Shown here: positions 1 to 13,447 of the stretch, one piece after another
How the letters are laid out: every line of letters starts with the position of its first letter
Position numbering within the stretch: the stretch's first letter is position 1
NCBI GenBank assembly: GCA_973851085.1
Contig: OZ316775.1
Coordinates: 15,128,001-15,192,000, forward strand
Reading direction: 5' to 3'
From: Ptychomitrium polyphyllum
Lineage: Eukaryota
DNA length: 64,000 nt
Position numbers and translations under genes: made by a program
The notes under the pieces: generated by a model
The model's database searches: none
The model's input: the letters and a program-made list of their open reading frames with translations, nothing else
Told to the model about the DNA's origin: nothing

Positions 1-1529
1 TATGAAGAAGAATTTTCTATAAAACTTGTAACAAATATTCATTGTTGCAATTTCAATGCAAGCCAAAAATTGCATATATCAGATATAAATACATTTGTAT
101 TTTTCATTGTTCTTACAAATACAGTGAACAAATTTGAAAATCACATGTGATTTTTTCTTTCAAATCAAATTTCTCAACCTATAACCATACGATTATCCTC
201 ATTAAAGTGTTCATTTCCATTCTCATTAGATGTCAATTCATTCACTATATAAGAAAGAATCATATTGTATACCAATAAAAAGGAGAAAATTTGCTTTACA
301 ACTTTAGCTAGTTTAGATCCACATTGAAAGTTAAGTTCCATTGATGGGCTCAACAAATGTACCCAGGTCTTTATTAGGACAAGGCCAAAGAATAATTCGC
401 TAAGTGCTGAGCAACCGGTTGAGTAAGCTCTGAGTTTAAGCAGACTAACGTTTATACTATTTGGGTAACAAAAGAACGGCACTTAAGGTGGTATAACAAG
501 CGGTCATACTGAAGAGGAGCATTTGCTGAACACTTTCAATAGGAAAACTGAATAAATACTATCAATATCGGGACAAGTGTACAAAACTGAGGAAATAATT
601 ACATCAACCTGATTGATGGCTTTCTAATTTATAAATGATGCCAAACACTATCTAATTACAATACCTTTGAATCTCTATAATGGATACGTTCACATCAAGG
701 TATAAAAAAGAACCCACGAAGACTACTCTTCCGGAATTACTAGCAAAATGGTGTATGAATACACCATCTCCAAGCAAATAATCTTCAACTCAATAATGGG
801 GTTCTCTTCGTCAGTCCAAGCTTCAAGCAGATTGCAAAACAAAGAATGATTATGAAACTTGGAACTAGGCAGGCAGTTCCCAAAAGAAGAACCAAACATA
901 TAAGTCATTTTCATCGACAAGACAGACGAATGACTCAATGTGTCATTCGCACTTGGATTGCATCTCGATGAAGCATACCTGCAATATCATCTGACAGTCA
1001 GTAATGAGACCAACAGTAAAGAAGAAACACCAGACAGCAAAAAGACCAGTTTGTTCTCAAAAGTACTCTCCATCAATACCCAGAGCTGACTATCCGTTGT
1101 TAAAAATCATGTTCGCACATTGTAGTTGCTTCACCATAAGCTAGTACATTTTGTGCATTCTAAGACAAATACGCTTCTCATGAAGTACTTCAGGCAGAGA
1201 AGACCAATGCAAAGCATAATGAATAGACTAAGTTTCAATTTTTTTCAATTTCAATAAATTCATAAATATTGTTCCAAAAAGGGAAACACGTTATACTCTT
1301 TCACAGTCTCGTGTACTCAGTGATGCACTGAGTAAACATCTGAAAACGACATCCTGGCAGCACTCACTCACAGGAACTAGACCAATGTCAACAATGGAAA
1401 TAGGAATGCTCTCACCTGTTCTGAAATACTTCAAGATCTGAACCAATCAGCTTCCTGCCGTTGAATATTTACAGCATGGTCACGAACTCAAAGACACGAT
1501 CCAATGGTCCTACTTGAAGATGCCATTCT

Positions 1530-2342
1530 CTATGATGCCGAATCCCTAATTTGACTAGACCCCGGGACCAAACTCTCTGGTGGTGGTGACGGCGATGGCG
1601 AAGCTCTGGGTTGCAAAGGAGGTGTGCTTGCATCTGCTCCATTCAAGACAAAACTATGACTACACCATCAAGAGGACGATGAAACTCCATTACAGCAAAA
1701 CCACAGGTCTACCAATATCCTATAAAACCTAACAATGAAACTCAATAACGAATGTTGAAAAGGAAGAAAAAAAAAGGTCAACGAAAAGAAGGGAAACCTC
1801 ACCTCGAGCAGTCATCATCCGATCCATATTTGCAATACGTCCTTGAATAACACGCAGAGTAGACATAAGCGATGCCACACGCTTGCGCACCCCCGACAGC
1901 TTGGCAGCATGTTGGGCTACCATCGGGATCGGAGTATCTTCAAGCAACTTATCCAGCTCTGCAAACAAAAATCACAACAATCAATCCCACACTCTCACTC
2001 CACATCAAAAGATGACACTCACATCACGTTAAGCAAAAACAAAACCGCAAACCTTCATCTCTCGCCAAACCAGCCAACCCAACCCAACCTAACCCAAACC
2101 AACCTAACCCAACCTAAGCTCTAACCTTTGGTAAGCCGGTCGATACTCCCGGTGAGCAAGCTCTGGCTCTTAAGAGCGCCCTCCACCCTCGCATCAAAGT
2201 CCCGCACCACAGGGCCCAGCACGGCACCAATCCCTAGAGCCATGGCGTCCACAGACCCATCGTGATGGTGGATCGATGTTTCCTGCGCCTGCTCTTCCTT
2301 CGCCACTTGTGACGAAACCAGCGCCGCTGGCGCAGATTCCAT
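1530..2342 (-). CDS. SNAPIN: SNAPIN / BLOC-1 subunit-like coiled-coil protein, 3 exons (2342-2126, 1958-1803, 1633-1530), about 158 aa
   Basis: ORF pieces MALGIGAVLGPVVRDFDARVEGALKSQSLLTGSIDRLTK + ELDKLLEDTPIPMVAQHAAKLSGVRKRVASLMSTLRVIQGRIANMDR resemble plant SNAPIN. GT-AG sites join in frame (477 nt). The last-exon acceptor is the least certain part. Confidence 0.8.
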
Positions 2343-2802
2343 GCCGCTGGATCCAACTTCGCAACTAGAAAGCCCTCATCTCGTTCGCTACCTGGTGCTC
2401 CACAGGTGTACACATAAAAACTTTCAATGCAGGATCAATCGCAAACTGGAGCACAAACCCTAAGAAACCTCCAAACCCTAGGAAGTCTCCAAACCTAGGA
2501 AGTTTCAAAATCCTAACCTATAGTAGCAAGATGACCACTTCCTCCCAGTGTTGCTTTACAGCGATCGATGGATCGATCGACATTGCAAAGAACAAGCATC
2601 GCAGAGAAGTCAACCATTACATTGCCGTAACCTGCGTGTGTAATCAACGCCCTTCGCTTCGCTCGCGTGCGCAGAAGTGCAACTCACGGCACCAAACTTA
2701 CGACAAGTTGACACTGAGTGTCCCAAATAGTGAGGGTGCCCAATACGTGTGTGTTCTGAACAAGAACTCTGTTGTTGAAATACCCTATTTTGAATACAGT
2801 CT

Positions 2803-2880
2803 TTGGATGATAGATTTGAATTGGATGATAGATTTGAATTGGATGATAGATTTGAATTGGATGATAGATTTGTTTGGATG
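2803..2880. repeat. 18-bp tandem repeat (TTGGATGATAGATTTGAA) x about 4
   Basis: Directly visible; it explains the WMIDLN and SSNSNL repeats in the two overlapping ORFs. Confidence 0.95.
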
Positions 2881-5800
2881 GACAAATGGAGTGGATGACT
2901 TGGTCAAAGCAATATTGGATTTTTTCCCTTGATAGTTTAGCCCATGTTCATATGTAAGCTACAACAATGGTTTTGAATATGTCTATATTGCTTATCCTCT
3001 TTATTCTTAAATGTGCTAATTGTTTTACAATGGCTATGGTTCTTTTAAGTTAGATAAGTACTTTTGCCATGTATATTTATGATTGCTTTTGAGCATAATT
3101 TAAATCTATCTCTTTAACTTTTATTTAAAATTTAAAAAAATTCATGAAAATTTATAGTCTTGAATAAGTAGTCAAAATGGCTTGGTGTAAGAAAAAATCT
3201 CTTTGAGCAATAGCTTGTAAATTCCATCTTTAATTAATGATCCAAACTAAATTTACATGGCTTCTTTTCTTTATTCACTTTGCTTATATGAAACAAGAAA
3301 AATTAAGTCACTTCTATATGACACCAAGCTTAATTTGGACCATCTCGCTACAATATAATCAATTGTACAAAAAAACATGACTTATTTTTGAATTTTAAAC
3401 TTTAGGAATTTAAGCATTAATGGCTATAAATGATAAATCATTTCTTCAAAACGTTTAAGATTCAATTTGCAAAATTATAATTAATGTGCTTTTTGTTATA
3501 TCCAAAAAAAATGAGCAAAATTCAAATCTCCAAAAGTATGGGCTTTAATTCCATTAGAATGAAGTCATTTCTCAATTTGTCTTGGCAATTCAAAAATTGC
3601 TAAGAAATTTATAACTAACAAAACTTCATTTATTTCAATCTCAGACCATAAACAAACAATACTACAACATATGAGTTATATCTAAAAACCAAAATCAAGG
3701 CCAAAATTGTTTTAGTTTATCATTGACCTAAGGTTGCTATTTAAAAAGAAAAGAAAAATAAGTTTAATGGGATATCTCAAGATATTAGCTATGCATTCAA
3801 TATAAAATCTGTATATAATATGTAGCTTCAACAGTGTTTGTAATATATACCATTAAAAACATTTTGAAAAGAGTATTATGAACCAAATCTTGTTGTTGCA
3901 AAAAGTGCATACAGATGCAAAAAAGGTTTTTTGCTTACAATTCTTCAATAATGTGTATTGTAGCTTGTATTCCATTGTTTAAAAAAATCTTTGTGATAAA
4001 TAATTTGTAACAATTGCAACTTCTCTATGTATTTTAAATTAAATTTGAATACCATAATAATAAAAAATTTGATAGTTTTTGAAATTGAAATCTATCATTC
4101 TAATTATTAACTTGAAATCTTAAAATCCTAATTTCCTAAAAAGAACAAATTTTCTAACATGCTTAAACTCTAATAAATCACCACTTATGCATAATCTTGT
4201 TCCTATTGTATTAGAAAGTTTTGAATGGTATCTAAAACTTAATAACTTCAAAAAAAAGAAAGTACATTACTTATTACAATGAAATATTTGAATACTTCTA
4301 AATTTTAAAAAAATAAAAAATTTCATCTATGAATATGTAATTTATTACTATTTACATCCATTATGAAGAATTTAAAGTTTTTGATGTATTACATATTCTT
4401 TATATACAAACAGTTGATTTGGTTTCTAAACAATTAGAATCATTATGAATTCTTTACAACAATTTATTTTATTTATAGCCAGATAATTGAAAATAAGGTG
4501 TGAAATATATTTCTATAGATATTAATTTTTTAAAGTTTTTGCATGTAATACAAAAAGATACCTTAGAGCAGTGTTATGTTTGTTTATTCGTCCATTTGAT
4601 TGTTTATTCATATTAATAAAAGTTTTTTTTTAAAAAAAATTTAAATTGTTTTTACCACTTATTTCAAGTTTTAGATTCACTTTAATTATTATTTTGTGTT
4701 TATTTTTTATCTTTTAATCTATACAATTATACATAAAATTGCATTAAATGCCATCACCTCAAAGATGTGATGATCCCTTTATTAATCTCTTAATAATTAT
4801 ACCACTAAATAAAGGTATTAGATAATAAGTAAAATAATTAATTATCATCTACTTTATTGTAATTTTTTAATTGTAATGATGAAAGTTAATACCTTGATTA
4901 AATTTGACAATATATAGTAAATTAAAAATTAAAAATTAAAAAATTAAAAAATCAACTTAAGATGAAATGAAGTGTTAGGTATGTGAAGTAAGTATGTGAA
5001 GTATTGTTTTTTGTTTTTTGTTGTTAACCATAATGTTGTATACATTGATGCAAAATACTTGTAGCTAATTAAAATACTTAAAATAATAACTCAACTTCTA
5101 TTCTTAAAGTTTTGACTTAATGTGGGAGTTTGATAAAAACAAACTGAATTAACTTTCAAATGACAACTTTTATTGTTTATTTCAAAATTCAATTAACTTT
5201 CTACTTGTATCATTTTATATAATGTATATTATACATTAAATCTTCTTCATGTTATTTAAACATAATATATATATATATAATACCACAATTTTTTTTTAAA
5301 ACCTCAAAAATACTACAAATGTATTTTAAAAATATCAACATCTATAGAATATAGATACAAGTTTGATAATCATTATGGAAGTAGTAATTTTAACTTAATA
5401 AGATTCTTATTTAAAGAACAATGACAACTTGAATATAAAAATCAATTCATTTTACAAAATTATCAATTTTTTTGAGGTCTAAACTAAACAAAAAAGCAAC
5501 ATGTAGCACGTTCTTAAAAAAAAATCACCTCATGCTAAATTTTGATGTAAGTATGTTCTACAATCTTTTGTAGATAATATTCATCCATTGGTGCCATAGA
5601 AGCCAAAGATTTGCTATTTGCTTTTGTATAACCTAGAAAACTTAATTTTATGATTGACTATTAAAATTAGGATTCATTTTCAAATTACTTAATAGAAGTA
5701 TAGAACTTCATTTTATGTAATTTTTAAGATTTAAGTTTTTATCAAAAATGCAATTAAAATGGTGTATAAATCTTGTACTATTAGAAGTTCAAATTAAAAT

Positions 5801-6338
5801 ATATTGCAAAACCATAATCTTTAAAACATGTTTATCATTTGATTTGGTTACAACACAAAAATGAATAAGAGTTTTGAAAATCATAAAACTTTGAATTTAA
5901 ACATTTTTGAATATTTGTTATATTAAATTACAGCAAAGGTCTTTAGAAAGAATGTTCTATCTTTGTTTCTTTCTATATGAATGCATATACACACATACAA
6001 AAGTCATGTTTCACAAATGAAATATATAATTTTTTTTACCATTTTAAATACAAATAGTTGTTATATTTTATATATAATAACTACATTTACAAATCAATAA
6101 AGTATTTTTTAAGAAATAAATATATCTACTTAATATTATATGAATAAAAAGTTAAGATAAATTGCATTATCTTCATTAAGTTCTCTAAGAATTTCAATTT
6201 AAGATGTTTGAATGATTTAAATATGTTCTGAAGTGTTTAAACCTTCGAAATTTTATAAGAGAAATATAAAAAATTGACAATAGTAGAATAATTAATTTTA
6301 AAGGACTTGCAAGATTATCATTCATATTTTATTCAAGT

Positions 6339-9300
6339 ATGAAACAAATTTGGCAAGAATGCCAACAAAAATTAAGATTTTTCAAAATATCACATTTCTT
6401 TAGGAACAATTCTTTTGTTCCAGTTCCACAAGATTATGAACATGATGAACATACTCAAGAAAGCCAAAGTGTTATTTCAAATAATAAAGATCTCCAACCT
6501 TCATATAAAAAGACTTGTACATTTATTAAAAAAATATTACAGAAAGATTCCATTAATACCAATGCCATACATTCAACATCAAAACTATTAAATACTAAAC
6601 AACTTATAGCTTTAACCTTCTTTGCACTACCAGGAGTAAGTTTTACATATAATTTGCTAACATGTGCCTATTTAATTGAAAACATATATTATTAAATATT
6701 ATATTATTAAAAATACTAAATTGGAGAAACAATAAATTATAATGATATATAAAATTGACAATAATAAAATTTCAATGCTCTAATTAATATTAAATAAATC
6801 CCAAAAATTTAAAATTTTGCTAGTTATGCATTGTAGGGTTCTTTTGGATACCAAAAATCTTTTGCATTGGGAGGACCAATGTTGATGTTCATCACTTCTT
6901 TTTTTGTTCCTTGGTTGTGGTGTGCACCAATTGTATTAATGACAATAGAAATGGCATGTATGATTCCTGAAAGTGGAGGCCATGTATTATGGGTGTATCG
7001 TGCTTTTGGGCCATTTTGGTCTTATGTAAATGGTTGTTTTGCATTTGTTTGTAGCATACTAGACAATGCACTCTTTCCTTCATTATTTGTAGAATATCTC
7101 GCGGCTTTATTACCTAAAAAATTAAATAATACATCACCATTGAATTATGTATGGAGTGTTACAATCAAAATGTTGGTATTATTATTTGTCACAATCATCA
7201 ACATAATTGGAATTGGCGTTGTTGGTAAGTATATTTAATATTTTGATTTAGATAATTCCTAAAATCATCATTGATATTATAATGCATGGCTTATGATTAT
7301 TCATCATAACAGTGATAAGTGAGATTTTAAAAGAAAATTAGATTACTAGCATCAATTTATTTAATGATTTCTTAATTAAAATGCTATAAAAATGTCACTT
7401 ATAATTACAAAAACATAGGAATATGTTTTGTGACTTGTTATAACAAACTTTAAAAGTTTTTACTTTAAATAAAGATAAAAAACATCTTTATTTAAATTGT
7501 CATGGTAATTTATCTACTATTAAATATTATATAAACATACTCATTTATATTACAGGAAACATTTCAATTATTTTAGCATTCATAGTGATGGCGTCCTTTG
7601 CAATTGTATATTGTGGAGGCTTAAAATATTTAAATTTTTCTTGGATGAGATTGCCTATTCCTAAACAAGTTAATCGAGGCAAATTTTTAGCTAATTTGTT
7701 ATGGAACACTTCAGGGTTGGTTAAATTTGAATTTCATTTAACACATAAGCACACACACAAATGAATACAATACATGAAACTAGTTAAAATGCATAGATTA
7801 GTGATTTTTAAATCATTGAAATTATGAAGGTTATATTTTGAATTCACATGTCCAAAAAAAGAATATTATGTGATATCAAAAAAATAAATGATGATTTTCT
7901 GATCTTGTGATACAGATTTGATATAATTGGAACCTGTGCTTCGGAGGTTTTAACTCCAAGTATTTCATATCCTAAAAGCCTAGCTTATGGATTTATCTTT
8001 TTACTTGTAACAACCCTTTTACCAGCTTATGTTTGTGCAAGTATATTTCCAAACCAAAAAGATTGGAACGAATTTGAAACATATTTTGATGTAGCAAAGA
8101 TTATTGGTGGCAATACTTTTGAGGTTCCAAACCATCCAACAATAGATAATGGTGTGATTTTGAAAATGCTTTTTGTATGTTGAAGAAATATAAATTTTGA
8201 TAATTTTGATTACATATAATATGTAAGATATAAAATATTTACTTAAACACAAATATGTACCATCAATTTTTTTATCTTTTTTTTTTTATTGATGTCAAAT
8301 TAAAGTTGATGATAAACTTTTATAATTTAAAATTAATGGTTAGCTTGAATAAACTTTTTTAAACTACTATATTCAATTGATGTATTCATTACATGTATTT
8401 AGATTTTGAAAGAAATATGTAATTTAAAACCTCTTAATTATATAAAATAGATATAGTTATATAGCAATTAAACCTTGGAACAAACTTGTACTTGACATTT
8501 TTAAAGAACGTGGTAGTATTTCTAATAATATTTGTATTTTTGATAGATATTTTTTATTATTGTTGGAAAAAATTTCATGAGTTTTCATGTAATTTAATAT
8601 TTATCTTTAACCTCAACGTTGGAAAAGAAGAATAAAAGATGTTTACTTTACACTCTGTAACTTCTACTGTCTAAAAAAATCAAATTAAAATTTATTTTAT
8701 TTAATAAGAATTATAAAGTATAAAGTTTTTTTTTTCTTTCTCCTTTGCAACATTGAGGTTATTGCAACATTATAGAATTGATATAGTAAGTTCTTTTACT
8801 TGTTTTTTGTATTGCAATCACATAATTTTTTTTCCATAGAAGTTAGATAAAAGTGCAATTTTGAAATTCAAAATTTCATATACATTTATATATATTGTTG
8901 TATAAAATATTTGATTAATTTTTATTTATACAAGCAATACAAATTTTTAAACTTCAAATTGAATTTTTTATATACAACCAAGTTGAAAAAAAAACTATAA
9001 AGACAACTTTTAAAAATTTCAATGATGAATCTCTTTTAATAAAATTTAAATAATAAAAATGTATTTGGAAAAATTTGGTTCAAATTGTTTTGAAATTTTT
9101 AAGTCTCTAAATTTGATCTATATTGCAAAGAATCAAAAATAAATAAAAATTTGTATTATACTGAAATGAATGTGTATTATACTCTTAAATAATTTAAATG
9201 AACAATAGTCATTGAAATTGAAGAAATACTTTTTAAAGAAATTTATTTTTAATCCATATTTTTGAATCATAAGACATTCATGTGTTTAAAAATGTAAAAT

Positions 9301-9880
9301 TCTTAAAATTGGAAATAAATCATGGGCACATGTAGTCATATTATTCACCTAAATAAAACTTCAAATTTAATAATTATCAATAGCCGTTTTTTGGTCCAAC
9401 ATTCATTTTGAAATGAAAATGTTACATTAATTATTTAAAAGTGTAGAAGCATTCAATAAGCATGATAATCAAATATTCATAATTACATAATCATTTAAAA
9501 TTAAACTTGATTTTTCTAATTTATTAGAATTTAATTAGAAAATATTCATAAAATATAAGAATTAGGTCTTTTCATTTTTCATAATTATTTAGATTGGTTA
9601 TTATATTATACAAAATACCAATAAAAGGTACATTTTAGAATTTTATAGTTTTTATATGAAACTTAGTTATTACGAGAAGTTTTGGATAATATAAACTTAT
9701 TAACCAGATGAATTTTTTTTTATTAATATGTCTAGCAATATAATATGTGTTATTATCATGTTAGGGTTGGATGGGAATTGTTGGACTAGTTGATATATTG
9801 GGCCTTTTATTAACTCGATTATGTGCAAATTCTCGAATTTTATATGGTATGGCTCAAGTTGACCAGGTATTTATTTTGTG

Positions 9881-9951
<71 letters not shown>

Positions 9952-11144
9952 AAATTCATATTATGTCAACAAGCATTAATTAAAAATCTCATCTAATGAT
10001 TTACTTTTGATTAATTTCTGTGATTAAACTAAATACATGCATTTTGAATAATCGTATTAACCTAAATACATGCATTTTGTATCCGAGTGTAGATGCCTTC
10101 AGCTTTTACACTTCTTCATCCAAAATTTGCAACACCTTGGGTGGCAATTTTAACTAGCTCTTTTTGCACTCTCATTTTCAATTTTTTCAACTTCTATCAC
10201 CTTGCAGAGGTATTAATTAAAGTATTTTAAAAATTTATATTCAAAATTAAATTAAAATGGAAAACAAAGAACTAAAAATACAAGTAATATTAAATATGTC
10301 ATATCATTGAATTTTTTTTAAACTAAATTTTTATATTTTGTAAATACACTTGATTATATACAATAGGCAGATATGCTTTTTTATGCACTTTCAACACTTC
10401 TAAAATTTAGTGCATTGATACAATTGCGTTACACTGAACCTGATGTTCTGCGACCATTTCAAATTCCATTTGAAAAAGAATTACTTGCATGTAATAAAAT
10501 TTCATATTATTTGCATTAAAATGTATTTGTGTTTATAATATGCTATGTTGTAAATTGAACAGTAATTTATTTGCATTTATCGAATATTCAAAGATTGAAG
10601 TGTATAGAACAAAAAATATTAACTGGATATACATTAACTTTTTATTGGATGATTGAAATTTCCCAGTATTTGTGTGCTTTCCAATGCTAATGTGCATTGT
10701 TATATTAATCTATGCATCAGAACGTAGCCAAGGAATTGCTCTTATAGGTAAATATAAAACAAACCAATCTTGCCTTTTAATTAACAAAAATATAATGTAA
10801 CATTTAATCAAATCCATGAATATTTTTCTTTTACTATCAAATAAATCACTTTTATCTTATTAGGAGGAGCAATTGCAATATTTAGCTATATTTGTAAAGA
10901 ATGTTATGCTCAATATGGTACGGAAGAAGTTATTCAAAGGCGCCTAACACGTGTTCAAGAAAACTTAGAAAAAATGCAAAAAAGAATAGATGTGGTGATT
11001 GAAAGTGAAGTTAAAGTCTTGGGAAATATACGCTTGATAAATGGTAAATCTGCAGATGTAGTTTTGAAAAATTGGGGGAGTAGAGCAAAAGAAAGAGCAA
11101 AAGAAAAACTTACATCCAAATTTCCAATTCAACTCAATTCATAA
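6339..11144 (+). CDS. APC-superfamily LAT/PUT-type amino acid/polyamine transporter, 9 exons (6339-6635, 6837-7224, 7556-7715, 7916-8123, 9765-9866, 10093-10209, 10367-10490, 10667-10747, 10864-11144), 585 aa
   Basis: Hand-spliced 1758-nt frame with no internal stop and consistent intron phases. Motifs PGGSFG, EMACMIPESGGHVLWVYRAFGPFW, ILDNALFPSLFVEYL, LLWNTSGFD..GTCASEV, HPKFATPWVAI and LRYTEPDVLRPFQIP correspond to LAT/PUT family motifs. Confidence 0.88.
9882..9948. repeat. (TA)n microsatellite in transporter intron 5
   Basis: Directly visible perfect TA run. Confidence 0.95.
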
Positions 11145-12180
11145 CATCCAACATTTAGAAGCTTTGCAAAAATTAAAGTTATGAAAAGTTCATCCATAAC
11201 TATCAATATGCTCAAAACCAAAGTTATGTACACAAACATAGATTCCAAGGATTAAAGTCTATATTGCTAATAAATATGTTGTTTTCAAAAACTATGACAT
11301 TTTTGAATATGCATCCTAGAAGATTAGGATTTAGGTCTAGAACCGTTATGCTTTGCAACATTATAAAATGTTCCTATTGCAATGTGCTAATATTAATGCT
11401 TTACATAACAAAAAAATAATATTTAAGTTTCTAAAGTCGAATAGATTTGCATGTGCAAATTGAAAGTATTTTATTGTTAAATACTCATGTATGGATTTGC
11501 AAGTACAAAATACTTAACCATTATTTTGGAATTCTATGGATGTTTAGAATTTTGGATTTAATGCTGCACCTCATGGTTGGTTGTGCCATTATTGGTGTTA
11601 CAATGTGCCAACCATAATACCATCTTTTTAATGCCTTTGATCAAAAATTTATAATAAGCTTTAAAATTCATAGCTATGTTTTAGGTTTTCTTTGGATTGC
11701 TTAGGAATTTACCTATGGTATGTACATTTGGATTGTGACCTAGAATCGGATGGAAATGAAGACTTCAATTAGATATGTGAGACATTGAAGCATAATCCAT
11801 CTTTAATTAATTTTGCCTTTTTTGAAATAAATTTTGATGTATATGTTGCCATTAAAGGTCCATGTAATGTTAAAAATACAACTATAAAACAAAGTAAACA
11901 TTTGATTACCTATATTTAGATTGTTGATGGATCTCTCTCAAAAGTTAATAACTTGGATTTTTATGTGTAGAGGTTTCATGATATGACTTTTGTGCTTCAA
12001 ATAAAAAATTCCCTCATATTGAATGCTAAGGCACAATAAACCACTTTACATTCATTGAATATAAACATGTTGTATAAGGGGTGGTTTCAATGAGATTGAT
12101 TGATAGCAATTACTCTATGTTTTTGAAGAACCTTTGTGCTATCCAAACAAACAGTAGCAAATTTTACCTTACAATCTATA

Positions 12181-12237
12181 CAACTCTTTCAACTCTTTCA
12201 AATCTTTCAACTCTTTCAAATCTTTCAACTCTTTCAG
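12181..12237. repeat. Short tandem repeat of CAACTCTTT/CAAATCTTT units
   Basis: Directly visible. Confidence 0.85.
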
Positions 12238-13447
12238 ATTAATCCTAAAATCTGTATCATCAATCTAATTAGCTGCAAACAAAAAGCGACTTTTCAAGTA
12301 GTATTGTCCTTTTGAAAAACCTGGTCAATGTTTGAGAAGTATTGAAAGAGGACTTCAAAATGCTATGCTAATGTTTGCTTTTTAGGAGGTGACGCTTGGG
12401 ATTGATTGCATTGGGGTTGATAATGTTTAGGAGGCCGCCATTTCCCAGTGATAAGAACACCATGCTAATCGTGATTATAAATGATTACTGAACGATACTG
12501 AGAGATATCCAGTTGAAGAAACTACTCAGTCTGTAGCAAACCAAAAGTGAGACTTTCATATCTGGAGTAGAACCCTCATATCCGAAGTGGAACCTTCATG
12601 TCCGAAACTCAAGTGAAGATTTTGGTACTGATGGAGCACGAACCCTTGCAAAGAGGGAATGCAACAGTATGATAAGTTAGATCATGTCGATAAGGTCATT
12701 GTTATCATCACCGATGACAGCAACATGACAATCTCGAGTGCATGAAACTTCGAAAGTGCTGAGTCTCCACACTCTCTATTTAGGATTTCTGTGATCTGAA
12801 AGCGTTACGAGGATAATCTCAAGATGGATTCGGAAGCCGAAAGCGTCCTCGAGACAGCGGATGATGACCTTGTCTGAACGATCTGCGAGTAGAACTCAGA
12901 GCAGATGTGTTTCGAGGTACATTGTAAGCATCGATGTCCGTGCATTTAGTTGCAACAGATGGTATCTGGTGGGGCCTGGGAGATGCTGTAGTTTTGAGCT
13001 CTGCGTGGGTGTGGACACAGTGGAATGAGTCATCTCTATCGCGCCCAACTTGCTGCAGAGACGTACTGGTGATGTGTAAGTTATCTGCACCATTTCTGGA
13101 TCTCCACGAGGTCTAGGATTTAGTAACTTTCGAGTTTACAAGAGCGTTTGCGGAATCGTACTTTTAATCTGTGCGTGAATCTGGTCACATTGTACCTTTG
13201 ATCACGCCGGACTGCTCCAAAGACGTACTGACAACGACTCAGTTGTTGTCTGTGCCATTTATGGCTGTTATCAAGGGCTAGGGTTTGCAGAGCCGGTTGA
13301 AGAGCGTCTGCGGAATTGTGTGATTGCTAGTCTCTTGAGCTTCAACTCGTTCTGGTGTTGGGATTCCGTGGCCTTGTGCAGCTTGCTTGGTTTGATCAAT
13401 CTAGACTTGAATTAGCCGAGAGACGAGCTTCTGATATTTGAAGCAAG

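Noticed and set aside
2803..2880. Direct repeats considered as a CRISPR array
   Set aside because: The units are contiguous with no spacers, there are no cas genes, and the context is eukaryotic.
2531..2932. 133-aa and 91-aa ORFs with repeating peptides
   Set aside because: They are kept open by an 18-bp tandem repeat in the SNAPIN promoter region and have no protein-like features.
12490..12900. Acidic codon-like stretch (e.g. MDSEAESVLETADDDLV) upstream of the lactonase
   Set aside because: All frames are interrupted and there is no recognisable family; possibly leader or relic sequence, but unsupported.
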